NCBI GenBank assembly: GCA_963753185.1
Contig: CAVWBO010000007.1
Span: 1,019,538-1,083,537 of the forward strand
DNA length: 64,000 nt
Direction: 5' to 3'
From: an uncultured Acidimicrobiia bacterium
Lineage (GTDB): Bacteria > Actinomycetota > Acidimicrobiia > Spongiisociales > UBA5794
The position numbers were made by a program, and so were the translations under genes. Numbering within the stretch: the stretch's first letter is position 1; each line of letters starts with the position of its first letter. A model generated the notes under the pieces. The model ran no database searches. It worked only from the letters and a program-made list of their open reading frames with translations, and had not been told where the DNA came from. This document shows, in pieces, positions 1-8,862 of this stretch.

Positions 1-1008
1 CTGCCCAGAGGAGATGTCGGATGGGTACCCCTCGAGGTGCGTGTAGTAGTACACGACGCCATTGTCGGCGTACAGGTGGGTAGAGCGTCCGCCGAGGCTG
101 TTGGAGCTGAACGTGACCCGTCCATCGACCACCGCCACAAGCGGGGTGTTGCGGGCATTGAACATGTCAACCCCCTTGTGGGTGCGTCCCCCTGACCTCG
201 GGAAGCCCCACGAGTCGATGAAGGCTGCTCCGCCCTGGACGGGGCATATGAAGCCAGGGGTCGACGCGGCGGGAGCACCGCCCGCCGCCCCCGGCCTCGA
301 CGAGGACTGTGCCGCGGCCTGCTTCTTGCGTCGGTCGTCCTCGATCTTCTTCTCCCGAATCTCGCGATTGAGGGTGTCGATGGCATCCCTGAGGGCATCA
401 TCTGCCGCGTCGAGGATGCGACGCTGCTCGCCCTGGAGCTCGGCGATCTCCTCTACGACACCGGCTGCCTCGTTCTCGTTTGCCGCGACCTCGGCCCTCC
501 GGACGTCGAGTTCGGCGGACGAGCGGTCAGCTTGTCGCGAGACCGCGTCGAGGTTGTCCATCGATGCGAGCTCGCGTTCTGCTGCGCGATCGAGGAGGGC
601 CTGTGACGTCACGAGGTCCTGGATCGAAGATGCGGTGAATGCTGTGCCGATCAGGCCGCGCTGGCCCGACATGTACGCGTCGACGACGATGGATCGCGCC
701 GTTTCTTCGAGTTCATCTGCCTCGGTGGTGTATCGCTCGACCGCGGCTTCCATGCGCGAGATCCGATAGAGCAGGTCCTCGTGCTCGGCATGGATGATCT
801 CATACCGCTCGACGGCCTCGTCGAGGCGGGCTGTGACCTCGACGTAGTCCCGGTACGCCTGTGACTGGCGTGCTTCGGCGGCTCGCTTGTTGCGTTCAGC
901 GGCGTCGACGTCGGATTGGGTCTGGGCGGACGCGCCGATGGGAACGAGCGCCAGGAGAGCGAACGTGGAGATCAGGATTACCCAGCGCCGAGCGGAGTGT
1001 CGGACCAT
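1..1008 (-). CDS. Secreted M23 family metallopeptidase with N-terminal coiled-coil region (3' end runs off the window start)
   Basis: My own reverse-strand translation from ATG at 1008. MVRHSARRWVILISTFALLALVPIGASAQ is a signal peptide. A long E/A/R-rich coiled-coil-like stretch follows. It ends ...FICPVQGGAAFIDSWGFPRSGGRTHKGVDMFNARNTPLVAVVDGRVTFSSNSLGGRSTHLYADNGVVYYYTHLEGY, which carries M23/LytM motifs. Absent from the ORF track because there is no stop inside the window. Confidence 0.8.
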   Translation of the reverse strand, partial: MVRHSARRWVILISTFALLALVPIGASAQTQSDVDAAERNKRAAEARQSQAYRDYVEVTARLDEAVERYEIIHAEHEDLLYRISRMEAAVERYTTEADELEETARSIVVDAYMSGQRGLIGTAFTASSIQDLVTSQALLDRAAERELASMDNLDAVSRQADRSSAELDVRRAEVAANENEAAGVVEEIAELQGEQRRILDAADDALRDAIDTLNREIREKKIEDDRRKKQAAAQSSSRPGAAGGAPAASTPGFICPVQGGAAFIDSWGFPRSGGRTHKGVDMFNARNTPLVAVVDGRVTFSSNSLGGRSTHLYADNGVVYYYTHLEGYPSDISSGQ

Positions 1009-1075
1009 GAACCCGTGAGGATAGGGCGAGTTCCCCGAAACCCCACTGTGTGGCCAAGGGCAGTCGATCGAACGG

Positions 1076-2068
1076 CTACCCGAAGACCCAGATCACGAGC
1101 CAGAACAGCGGTGCCGCGACGATCGCGCCATCGAACATGGCAAGGGATCCGGGCGCATTCTCGGTGTGGACGACGGTGCCGGTGCGAAGCATCGATCCGA
1201 GCGCACGCCCGGCGATGATGCCGGCCGCCACAGCAACGGCCCCCAGCATCCCTGCTGCGATATCGAGCTCGGTGATGACGAGCCCTGCGACGAGGCCAGC
1301 GAGGAGGGCGCCGAGGAGGGCACCCACGTTGGCGTCGACCGACTGGATCGCCTGACCGTAGGCGCCGGCGATCCACGCTCCGGCGAGTGCGAGGACCGTG
1401 ATGAGCACGAACGCGACGACGGCGTACGAGCCCGTGAGCCGGATGAGCACCAAACCTCCTGCTGCGGAGGCCGCGATCGTGGTGACGAGTCCGGTCGCGG
1501 CGATCGTCCGGAACTCCCGTGCGGAACGATCGAAGACGGGCCATGTCACGGCGACGGCGAGTCCGAGGGCTGTCGCTCCCGCGAGACCATCGAAGCCCCA
1601 TGCGTAGGTGAACGCACCCGCTGCGCTCGCCGCGATGAGAGGGGGGAACACGACGAATGAGTCCCGTGTCGCTTGTGCCGTCTCCGATACATCCCACACC
1701 CAAGCGAGCACGGCGCCCACGGCGACGATCACGAACCATTCCTCTTGTGCCCACGCCACGGCGAGCAGCGACACGACGAGGGCGAACGACAGGATGTTCG
1801 GCGCTGCGTCGATCGTCGAGGCCATCGACGCAGTCCCGCCGCTCACTGGTGGAATGAGGGCGACCTCGTCGTTCGCCGAGAGCGGGGTCGACAGGTCCGC
1901 GGCCTCACCGTTCACCCACGTGCCAGCGCTCGGGAGGCCTGAGCGGAACGGCTCGCCGAAGCGTTCGGCAGCCGTCTCGACGAGGTCCCCGACCGTCGGC
2001 GCGTCGATGACGACCGAGTCCGTTCCGGCGGATTCCCTGAGGTTGGCGAAGAGTCGGAGCGTGGCCAT
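1076..2068 (-). CDS. MoaD/ThiS-like beta-grasp domain fused to a polytopic (about 8 TM) membrane domain with a degenerate CdsA-like C-terminal motif
   Basis: ORF 1076..2104. Internal ATG 2068 gives MATLRLFANLRESAGTDSVVIDAPTVGDLVETAAERFG...NDEVALIPPVSGG (MoaD/ThiS pattern ending in GG). About 250 aa of hydrophobic helices follow, ending GRALGSMLRTGTVVHTENAPGSLAMFDGAIVAAPLFW. Confidence 0.7.
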   Translation of the reverse strand: MATLRLFANLRESAGTDSVVIDAPTVGDLVETAAERFGEPFRSGLPSAGTWVNGEAADLSTPLSANDEVALIPPVSGGTASMASTIDAAPNILSFALVVSLLAVAWAQEEWFVIVAVGAVLAWVWDVSETAQATRDSFVVFPPLIAASAAGAFTYAWGFDGLAGATALGLAVAVTWPVFDRSAREFRTIAATGLVTTIAASAAGGLVLIRLTGSYAVVAFVLITVLALAGAWIAGAYGQAIQSVDANVGALLGALLAGLVAGLVITELDIAAGMLGAVAVAAGIIAGRALGSMLRTGTVVHTENAPGSLAMFDGAIVAAPLFWLVIWVFG

Positions 2069-2125
2069 CGCTGCAAGCGTAGTGCCCCCTGTCCCACCAG
2101 ACACGTCGGCGATCGGGCACCCTCC

Positions 2126-3277
2126 TCAGGTGGGGAGGAGAACGGGATCGACTCGGTCCGGGTCCGCGATGTAGGCGATCCGCCCACCGACGATCGTGCA
2201 GACCACCCTTGATCCGCCGGCGTCTGATCCGTCGAGGATGGCGATGTCCGCCCTGGCCCCTTCGCGGATGCGCCCGAGGTCCCGGCGGCGGACCGCGCTG
2301 GCGGGGTTGACGGTTGCAGCCCTGAGGACCTCGGACACCGGTGATGACACGACTCCTGCGAGGATGTCGACAGCACGGTCCATGGTGGTGGCGGCACCTG
2401 CGAGTGTGCCGTCGTGCTTTCTCACGGCACCGCCGTTCGCGGTGACCGGAACGCCGCCGATGTGGTACTCACCGTCGGGCATGCCAGCGGCGGCGATCGC
2501 GTCGGTGATCAGCACGAAGCGGTCGGCGGCTGCGTTCCATGCGAGTTCGATGGTCGCCGGATCGTGGTGGTGGCCATCCACGATCATGCTGAAGTACGTC
2601 CGAGGATCGGTCAGGAGGACACCCGCGATCCCCGGATCGCGGGCCGTGATCGGGGGCATCGCGTTGAGGAGGTGGGTCCCCATGGTCGCACCCGCTTCGA
2701 GGGCCTCCCTTGCCTGGTCCGTCGTCGCAGCCGAGTGACCGATCGACACGATCGTCCCGGTGGCGGTGAACCGCCGGATCATTTCGAGAGCGCCACGCAG
2801 CTCCGGAGCGATCGTGATGATCGCGATGCTCGGGTGGGGCTCGAGCCTCGTGTGGGACGGCGCGGTGAGGAGGTGCTCGGGATGAGCCCCGCGTCGAGTG
2901 CCGGCGAGATGCGGTCCCTCGATGTGAAGTCCCATCGGTTCTGCGCCGACGTAGGCCTCGGGGCGCATCGCCATCGCGGCGATCGCGGCCTCCACCCTCT
3001 CGTGGGGAGCCGTGATGATCGTGGGGAAGAACGATGTGACGCCCGTGCGCGGGAGGAGGGCGCCCACCCGCCATATGGAGGACGGATCCTCAGTGAAGTC
3101 GGACCCGAAGGCGCCGTTGATCTGGAGATCGATGAAGCCGGCGACCACGGTCAGCCCTGAAGCATCGATGACATGGCCCTCGAGGTGGTCGACCCTCGCC
3201 TGGATGCCGTCCACGACTCCTACGGTGATCGGCCCACCTTCGGCTCCCCTGCCTCCCTCGATCCGGATTCGTGTCAC
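2126..3277 (-). CDS. nagA: N-acetylglucosamine-6-phosphate deacetylase
   Basis: ORF 2126..3355 has GFIDLQINGAFG (Q-x-N variant as in E. coli NagA), HIEGPHL and THLLNAM motifs. The start is uncertain: GTG 3277 avoids a 50-nt overlap with fahA, and ATG 3355 is the alternative. Confidence 0.8.
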   Translation of the reverse strand: MTRIRIEGGRGAEGGPITVGVVDGIQARVDHLEGHVIDASGLTVVAGFIDLQINGAFGSDFTEDPSSIWRVGALLPRTGVTSFFPTIITAPHERVEAAIAAMAMRPEAYVGAEPMGLHIEGPHLAGTRRGAHPEHLLTAPSHTRLEPHPSIAIITIAPELRGALEMIRRFTATGTIVSIGHSAATTDQAREALEAGATMGTHLLNAMPPITARDPGIAGVLLTDPRTYFSMIVDGHHHDPATIELAWNAAADRFVLITDAIAAAGMPDGEYHIGGVPVTANGGAVRKHDGTLAGAATTMDRAVDILAGVVSSPVSEVLRAATVNPASAVRRRDLGRIREGARADIAILDGSDAGGSRVVCTIVGGRIAYIADPDRVDPVLLPT

Positions 3278-3305
3278 GGTCGGGTCACGGAGGCGGCGGA
3301 TCCGA

Positions 3306-4553
3306 TCACGCAGTGACGGTCCCGGTGCACGGACCGAAACCGATGGCGACGCCATCGGCGTTGGAGCAGCGAGCGTGCATCGAGACGGTGTCCCCGTTCT
3401 CGAGGAACGTCCTGTGGGATCCGTCTGCGAGGACGAGCGGATCGGTTCCGTTCCATGAGGATTCGAGGAGGGACCCGAATCCCCCCCGTTCTGGTCCCGA
3501 CACCGTTCCCGATGCGAAGAGGTCGCCGGGACGAATGGTGGCTCCGTTGACGGTCGCGTGGGCGAGCTGCTGGGCCATCGTCCAGTACATGTCGAGGAAC
3601 GATGTGGTGCACACCGTCGTCGGGGTACCTGCCTCCGGAGTGAGGACGACGGAGAGGTCGATGTCGACGCCGCGCCTGGCGTCCGGTGTGAGGTAGGGGA
3701 GCGGTTCCGGGTGCTGGGCGGGGGCGGTAGCTCGGAACGGCTCGAGCGCCTCGAGAGGCACGATCCACGGAGAGATCGTGGTTGCGAAGGACTTGCCGAG
3801 GAACGGTCCGAGGGGAACGTACTCCCACGCCTGGAGGTCCCTCGCGGACCAGTCGTTCACGATGCACAGCCCGAAGATGTGATGCTCGGCCTCGTCGATC
3901 GGGATCGAGGTGCCGAGCTCGGGTCCTTGTCCCGTCACGAATCCGACTTCGAGTTCGAAGTCCAGCTTCTCCGAGGGTCCGAACGTGGGCCCATGCCCGC
4001 CCCTGCGCTGACCGTGCGGGCGACGGATGTCCGTCCCCGACACGACGACGGTGCCCGCCCTTCCGTGGTAGCCGACCGGCAGGTGCCTCCAGTTCTCGAG
4101 GAGGGGGTCGGCGTCGGGGCGGAACATCCTGCCCACGTTGGTCGCGTGCTGCTCGCTCGAGTAGAAGTCGACGTAGTCACCGATGGCGATCGGGAGCGAG
4201 AGGTGGACGGGGCCCGCGATGAGGAGGTCGTGCTTGTCGCAGAACCGCCTCCCCTCGAGGTCCGCCTTGTTGAGTACCTCCACGATGCGCGACCTCACGG
4301 TCGACCATACGCCCCGGCCCTGTGCGAGGAATCCGTTGAGCGATGAGGCTCGGAATGTGTCCGGTTCGAGTCCGCTGTTCGCGAACAGCCCCGCAGCCTC
4401 CGCCTTGGCGAGATCGAAGATCCGCTCGCCGATCGCCACGCCGCATCGCGTCCCCGTCATGTCGGTGAAGACCCCGTACGGGAGGTTCTGGATCGGGAAG
4501 TCCGACCCTTCTGGGACGTCGACCCAGGAGCGGATGTGCGGCTCGACCCTCAT
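3306..4553 (-). CDS. fahA: Fumarylacetoacetase (fumarylacetoacetate hydrolase)
   Basis: Internal ATG 4553 of ORF 3306..4961 gives MRVEPHIRSWVDVPEGSDFPIQNLPYGVF..., a typical FAH N-terminal domain, then the FAH catalytic domain. 415 aa. The start overlaps the upstream stop as ATGA. Confidence 0.9.
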   Translation of the reverse strand: MRVEPHIRSWVDVPEGSDFPIQNLPYGVFTDMTGTRCGVAIGERIFDLAKAEAAGLFANSGLEPDTFRASSLNGFLAQGRGVWSTVRSRIVEVLNKADLEGRRFCDKHDLLIAGPVHLSLPIAIGDYVDFYSSEQHATNVGRMFRPDADPLLENWRHLPVGYHGRAGTVVVSGTDIRRPHGQRRGGHGPTFGPSEKLDFELEVGFVTGQGPELGTSIPIDEAEHHIFGLCIVNDWSARDLQAWEYVPLGPFLGKSFATTISPWIVPLEALEPFRATAPAQHPEPLPYLTPDARRGVDIDLSVVLTPEAGTPTTVCTTSFLDMYWTMAQQLAHATVNGATIRPGDLFASGTVSGPERGGFGSLLESSWNGTDPLVLADGSHRTFLENGDTVSMHARCSNADGVAIGFGPCTGTVTA

Positions 4554-5464
4554 CCCCCGTCCCCGAGGAACGCCAGATCCGCCAGCCCATCCCTCGGCTC
4601 GTCGATGTCGCAGGAACCGAATCCGACGAGCCCGCGCTGGCGTGATCTCCTGATCGCAGATCCCGGGAGTACGACGTCCCTCCAGCTCGCCGCAACCGGC
4701 GTGATCGTGAATGCTGTCGGATCGGACTCCGCGATGATGTCCCTGACAACCGACCGCGGCTGACCGGCGTCGGCTGCAACCGACGCGATCAGCAGGTTGA
4801 CGAACCCGTGCCGCCATCCGTCGAGGTCGGGATCGTGGTGGCGAACAGGCTGATGCAGGCCAGCCGTGGCCTTGAACGGGACGTCGGCGAACGACGCTGT
4901 CCACACGAATGCGGTCACCTCGTCGATCGTTGGGAAGTCGTCCTTCGTCAGTCCCCCGCATCGGAGCTTCGCACCGCCGCGCCGTCCACGGTCGCGCAGG
5001 GCATCGCCGACGGCCCTGATCTGGTCGTCGAGCGGCGCCGCCCTGTCCACCTCGATGTACACGGCGAGGTCGGGATCGATCGTGGCGACCGTGTCGATGA
5101 GGTCGCCAGGGTCGGTTCCGGTTTCGAGCATCAGTTCGACGGCGCCGATCGACAGGGCCGGTGACATCTCCCTTTGGAAGTCATGGCCAACGGACGCACC
5201 TGCTCCGGGCGACATGTCGAAGACGACCCCGATGCTCCACGGCTGGTCTCCCGTTTCGAGGACGTGCGTCGCCACGGCGGCGAGCTCCTGGAGCTGGGAT
5301 GCCCTGACCAGGAACCGACCAACGATCCAGCGGTCGTCAGATGCCAGCGCGGCTCGATAGCTCGCCACCGCATCTGACATCGACAGCGAGGCGGGAGGGA
5401 ACACCCCGGCGTAGTCGATCAACCCGCTGAACGCTGCCGTCCTCGCGTCGATCGCAAGCCTCAT
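4550..5464 (-). CDS. Hypothetical protein (304 aa), translationally coupled between hmgA and fahA
   Basis: C-terminal part of ORF 4550..6673, starting MRLAIDARTAAFSGLIDYAGVFPP... It contains KLRCGGLTKDDFP and FKATAGLHQPVRHH. ATGA overlaps at both ends (5461-5464 with the hmgA stop, 4550-4553 with the fahA start). I do not recognise the family. Confidence 0.75.
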   Translation of the reverse strand: MRLAIDARTAAFSGLIDYAGVFPPASLSMSDAVASYRAALASDDRWIVGRFLVRASQLQELAAVATHVLETGDQPWSIGVVFDMSPGAGASVGHDFQREMSPALSIGAVELMLETGTDPGDLIDTVATIDPDLAVYIEVDRAAPLDDQIRAVGDALRDRGRRGGAKLRCGGLTKDDFPTIDEVTAFVWTASFADVPFKATAGLHQPVRHHDPDLDGWRHGFVNLLIASVAADAGQPRSVVRDIIAESDPTAFTITPVAASWRDVVLPGSAIRRSRQRGLVGFGSCDIDEPRDGLADLAFLGDGG

Positions 5465-6627
5465 CGACCCTCGAGCCATGTCCACGCGTATCCGTCTTCC
5501 TCGGTGTCGCGAGCACCCGGACCGAGGTCCAGGGGCCGGAACGTGTCGATCATCACGGCGAGCTCCTCGGTTCCCGATTTGCCGATGGAGGCCTCCACGG
5601 ATCCCGGCTGTGGTCCGTGGGTGTGCCCGCCGGGGTGCAACGAGACGGACCCCTGTTCGATACCGGCACCCTTGCGTGACATGAAGTCTCCGTCGACGTA
5701 GAAGAGGACCTCGTCGGAGTCGACGTTGGAATGGTTGTACGGGGCGGGGATGGCATCCGGGTGGTAGTCGAACAGGCGAGGCACGAACGAGCACACGACG
5801 ACACCTGGCGCCTCGAAGGTCTGGTGGACGGGTGGCGGCTGGTGGACTCGTCCCGTGATCGGTTCGAAGTCGTGGATCGAGAACCGGTAGGGGTACAGGC
5901 ACCCGTCCCACCCGACGACGTCGAATGGATGGTGCTCGTACACGAATCGGGTCATGCCACCGCGGTGCTTCACCAGCACGTCGACCTCTGAGTCCGACCG
6001 GAGGATCGGTGCGGAAGGGCCGTGCAGGTCCCGCTCGCAGTAGGGGGCGTGCTCGAGGAGCTGGCCGTTGCGTGACAGGTACCTGCGCGGCGGACCGATG
6101 TGGCCCCTGGTCTCGAGGATGAGCGCCCTGACCGGCTCCGAGGAAGCGTCGAGCTCGTACCGGTGGATCGTCGAGGCGGGAATCACGAGATAGTCGCCCG
6201 GTTCGAACCGGATCGCCCCGAACACCGTCTCGAGCGCCCCCGTCCCGCGTTCGATGAACACCATCTCGTCGCCTGTCGCGTTCTTGTAGAGGCCGGAGCT
6301 GTCGGATCCGACGAAATAGGAGATGACGCAGTCCTCGTTCCCCAGCAGGATCGACCGCGCCGTGATGATGTCGCCGCCCGCCTTGAGCTTGTGGGTGCGG
6401 AAGTGACGAGGTCGCAGCGGATGGTTCGGGGTCGTCTCCTGGTCCTCGTGCTCGACCGCCTCGATCGACTTGAGGGCCGTCGGCGGATGTCGGTGGTAGA
6501 GCAGGGCGGAATCGAACGAGAACCCCTCCTCGCCCATGAGCTCCTCCGCGAAGAGCGAACCGTCTGGCTGTCGGAACTGGGTGTGGCGCTTCGGCGGGAC
6601 CTCGCCCACCATCCGGTAGTACGGCAT
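5461..6627 (-). CDS. hmgA: Homogentisate 1,2-dioxygenase
   Basis: Internal ATG 6627 of ORF 5461..6906, preceded by GAGGAGA. MPYYRMVGEVPPKRHTQFRQPDGSLFAEELMGEEGFSFDSALLYHRHPP... matches bacterial HGD. 388 aa. Confidence 0.9.
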   Translation of the reverse strand: MPYYRMVGEVPPKRHTQFRQPDGSLFAEELMGEEGFSFDSALLYHRHPPTALKSIEAVEHEDQETTPNHPLRPRHFRTHKLKAGGDIITARSILLGNEDCVISYFVGSDSSGLYKNATGDEMVFIERGTGALETVFGAIRFEPGDYLVIPASTIHRYELDASSEPVRALILETRGHIGPPRRYLSRNGQLLEHAPYCERDLHGPSAPILRSDSEVDVLVKHRGGMTRFVYEHHPFDVVGWDGCLYPYRFSIHDFEPITGRVHQPPPVHQTFEAPGVVVCSFVPRLFDYHPDAIPAPYNHSNVDSDEVLFYVDGDFMSRKGAGIEQGSVSLHPGGHTHGPQPGSVEASIGKSGTEELAVMIDTFRPLDLGPGARDTEEDGYAWTWLEGR

Positions 6628-6681
6628 GGATCTCCTCGGTCTCGAGACCATGGTACGCACCCGAACGCGCCATGCACGGCA

Positions 6682-6698
6682 GCCGAACTTCGTTCGGC
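6682..6698. promoter_or_regulatory. Perfect 7-3-7 palindrome GCCGAAC-TTC-GTTCGGC in the hmgA/hppD divergent intergenic region (candidate operator)
   Basis: Read directly in the 136-bp spacer between the hmgA start (6627) and the hppD start (6764). Confidence 0.4.
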
Positions 6699-6763
6699 GA
6701 GCCGCGCGAGGATCATCCACCCTGCGATACTTGCACGGTCCGTGTCTGGTGAGAGGAGCCCCG

Positions 6764-7879
6764 ATGGATGTCGACATGACGCTGCGAGCGAGGGAGTTCG
6801 CGTCCAAGGACCCGTTCCCGATGAAGGGATTCGGCCCGGTCGAATGGTGGGTCGGAAACGCATTCATGACCGCGCAGGCGTTCAGGGCCCTCCTCGGCCT
6901 CAGCATCGTCGGGTATCGCGGTCCCGAGACCGGTGTGGCCGATCGATCGTCCTACCTCCTGCGCGGTGACCAGATCCAGTTCATCGTCACAGGCGCCCAG
7001 GACGGGGATCACGAGATCAGCGAGCACGTCAAACTCCATGGTCCGGGCGTCAAGGACGTCGGGTTCCTCGTCCCCGACGCCGTGGCAGCGTTCTCGCGTG
7101 CGGTCGAACGCGGCGCCACCGCCCACCGTGAGCCCGAGGTGATCGAGAACGACCTCGGCCGCATGGTGATCGCCGCCATTGGCGCCTACGGAGACACCGT
7201 CCACTCGCTGATCGAGGTCGATGGCGAGGATCCTCGCTTCGAGCCTCGCACCGATTCGATTGCTCGCGACACCGGGCTCCACGCGATCGACCACGTCGTC
7301 GCGAACGTGGAGCTCGGCGGTATGAACGAGTGGGTGCAGTTCTATGAGCGGATCTTCTCGTTCACCATGTTGCGCCACTTCGACGACGAGGCGATCTCGA
7401 CCGAGTACACGGCGCTCATGTCGAAGGTCATGGCAGGAGGGAACGGCGTCATCAAGCTCCCCATCAACGAGCCTGCTCCGGGGAGGAAGAAGAGCCAGAT
7501 CGAGGAGTACCTCGACTTCTACAAGACTCCAGGGGTCCAGCACCTCGCCTTGTCGACGTCGGACCTCCAGACCACGATGGAGGAGATCCACGGAAGGGGC
7601 CTCGAGACGATCGAGGTACCGCACGAGTACTACACCGAGGCCCAGCAGCGCCTCGCGGAGTACGACCTCGACTGGGACCGCATCGAACGCCTGAGTCTCC
7701 TCGTCGACAAGGACGAGGACGGGTACCTGCTGCAGACCTTCACGAAGATGCTCCAGGACCGTCCCACGGTCTTCTTCGAGTTCATCGAGCGACGCGGGGC
7801 CACCGGCTTCGGTATCGGGAACTTCAAGGCCCTGTTCGAGGCGATCGAAAGGGAGCAGGCCAAGCGCGGAAATCTCTGA
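6764..7879 (+). CDS. hppD: 4-hydroxyphenylpyruvate dioxygenase
   Basis: Internal ATG 6764 of ORF 6626..7879, preceded by GAGAGGAG. Two VOC/glyoxalase-type halves and the HPPD C-terminus ...FFEFIERRGATGFGIGNFKALFEAIEREQAKRGNL. Confidence 0.9.
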   Translation: MDVDMTLRAREFASKDPFPMKGFGPVEWWVGNAFMTAQAFRALLGLSIVGYRGPETGVADRSSYLLRGDQIQFIVTGAQDGDHEISEHVKLHGPGVKDVGFLVPDAVAAFSRAVERGATAHREPEVIENDLGRMVIAAIGAYGDTVHSLIEVDGEDPRFEPRTDSIARDTGLHAIDHVVANVELGGMNEWVQFYERIFSFTMLRHFDDEAISTEYTALMSKVMAGGNGVIKLPINEPAPGRKKSQIEEYLDFYKTPGVQHLALSTSDLQTTMEEIHGRGLETIEVPHEYYTEAQQRLAEYDLDWDRIERLSLLVDKDEDGYLLQTFTKMLQDRPTVFFEFIERRGATGFGIGNFKALFEAIEREQAKRGNL

Positions 7880-7936
7880 TCGTGATACGAGGAGCGAGTG
7901 TCGCGTTCTTGCGGATTGAGCGTGAGCGAAGTCTGA

Positions 7937-8815
7937 TCAGGGCAGGTACTGCTCTTCGATGTGGACGATCACATCGTCGGCGATGAACAGCCAGTAGGGG
8001 AGCGTTCCGCTGCCGTACCACTGCCACCCGACCGTTGCGACATCGTTGGACGGGTTCTCCGTCAGGGCCCGGAACGCCTCGAAGTCGACTGCCTCCCTGG
8101 TGAGGCAGGGGCCGTCCACGTAGCAGGCATGGAGGACCACGGAAGCTCCGGCGTCGATGGGGAGGGTACGCAGGCGCTCGTTGACGTTTCGGATGTAGAA
8201 CCCGCCGTCCACGGTCCCATCGGCGTTGGCAACCCCGTCGTCGTCGGCCGCCGCATCCGCTTCCTCACCGACGAACCACTGCGCGTAGTCGGCGATGATC
8301 GTCGATGGCTCGGCGGTGGTCGCCACGATGTAGGCGAACTGTCGGTCGAGCGTTGGATCGTGCACGACGGTGAGGGTTCGGGTGGCGGTCCTGCCGTCCG
8401 GGGCCGTCGCCTCGATCGGGATGTCGTGCGTGCCGACGTCCATGTTGGTCAGGTCGGCGAAGAAGCTCGTTCGGCCGTCGGGATCGCTGCGCGTCTCCGT
8501 CGGTGTCCCCCCGACCGTGACCGCGGCGGGTGTGGCGACCCACCCTTCGACCGAGAGGTCGCCCGTGGTCGTGTATGCGACGGCGCCGCCGGAGAGGGTG
8601 ATCACCAGAGGATCGAATGCCGTCGAGGTGGTGGTCTGGGATGCGCCCGTCGTCGTGCTCGTGGTGGTGGCCTGCGTCGGCGTACTGGAAGGGAGCTGCG
8701 GTGCGACAGACGACGTGGTCGAACCCGAACTCGAGGAGCTACATGATGCGAGCACCAGTGCAATGGCGAGCACCGAACCGGCGTGACGCCCAAGTGGGGT
8801 CAAGTCGCCTTTCAC
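7937..8815 (-). CDS. Hypothetical lipoprotein with Ser/Thr-rich linker
   Basis: The N-terminus ...VLAIALVLASCSSSSSG has a lipobox (L-A-S-C). A T/S-rich linker is followed by a globular domain of unknown family. Confidence 0.7.
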   Translation of the reverse strand: MKGDLTPLGRHAGSVLAIALVLASCSSSSSGSTTSSVAPQLPSSTPTQATTTSTTTGASQTTTSTAFDPLVITLSGGAVAYTTTGDLSVEGWVATPAAVTVGGTPTETRSDPDGRTSFFADLTNMDVGTHDIPIEATAPDGRTATRTLTVVHDPTLDRQFAYIVATTAEPSTIIADYAQWFVGEEADAAADDDGVANADGTVDGGFYIRNVNERLRTLPIDAGASVVLHACYVDGPCLTREAVDFEAFRALTENPSNDVATVGWQWYGSGTLPYWLFIADDVIVHIEEQYLP

Positions 8816-8862
8816 GCGACCAGCGTATCACCGCTCGCTAGACGTAGACGCAACCTCGATAC

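Noticed and set aside
62-769. 235-aa plus-strand ORF at the left edge
   Set aside because: It is antisense to the M23 peptidase gene, whose reverse-strand translation shows a signal peptide and M23 motifs. The plus-strand product is S/A/R-rich with no motifs.
5465-6673. N-terminal ~400 aa of the 707-aa ORF 4550..6673 (-)
   Set aside because: It is out of frame over hmgA, with an R/P/G-rich nonsense translation. Only the last 304 codons (from ATG 5464) look like a real protein, and that ATG is ATGA-coupled to the hmgA stop.
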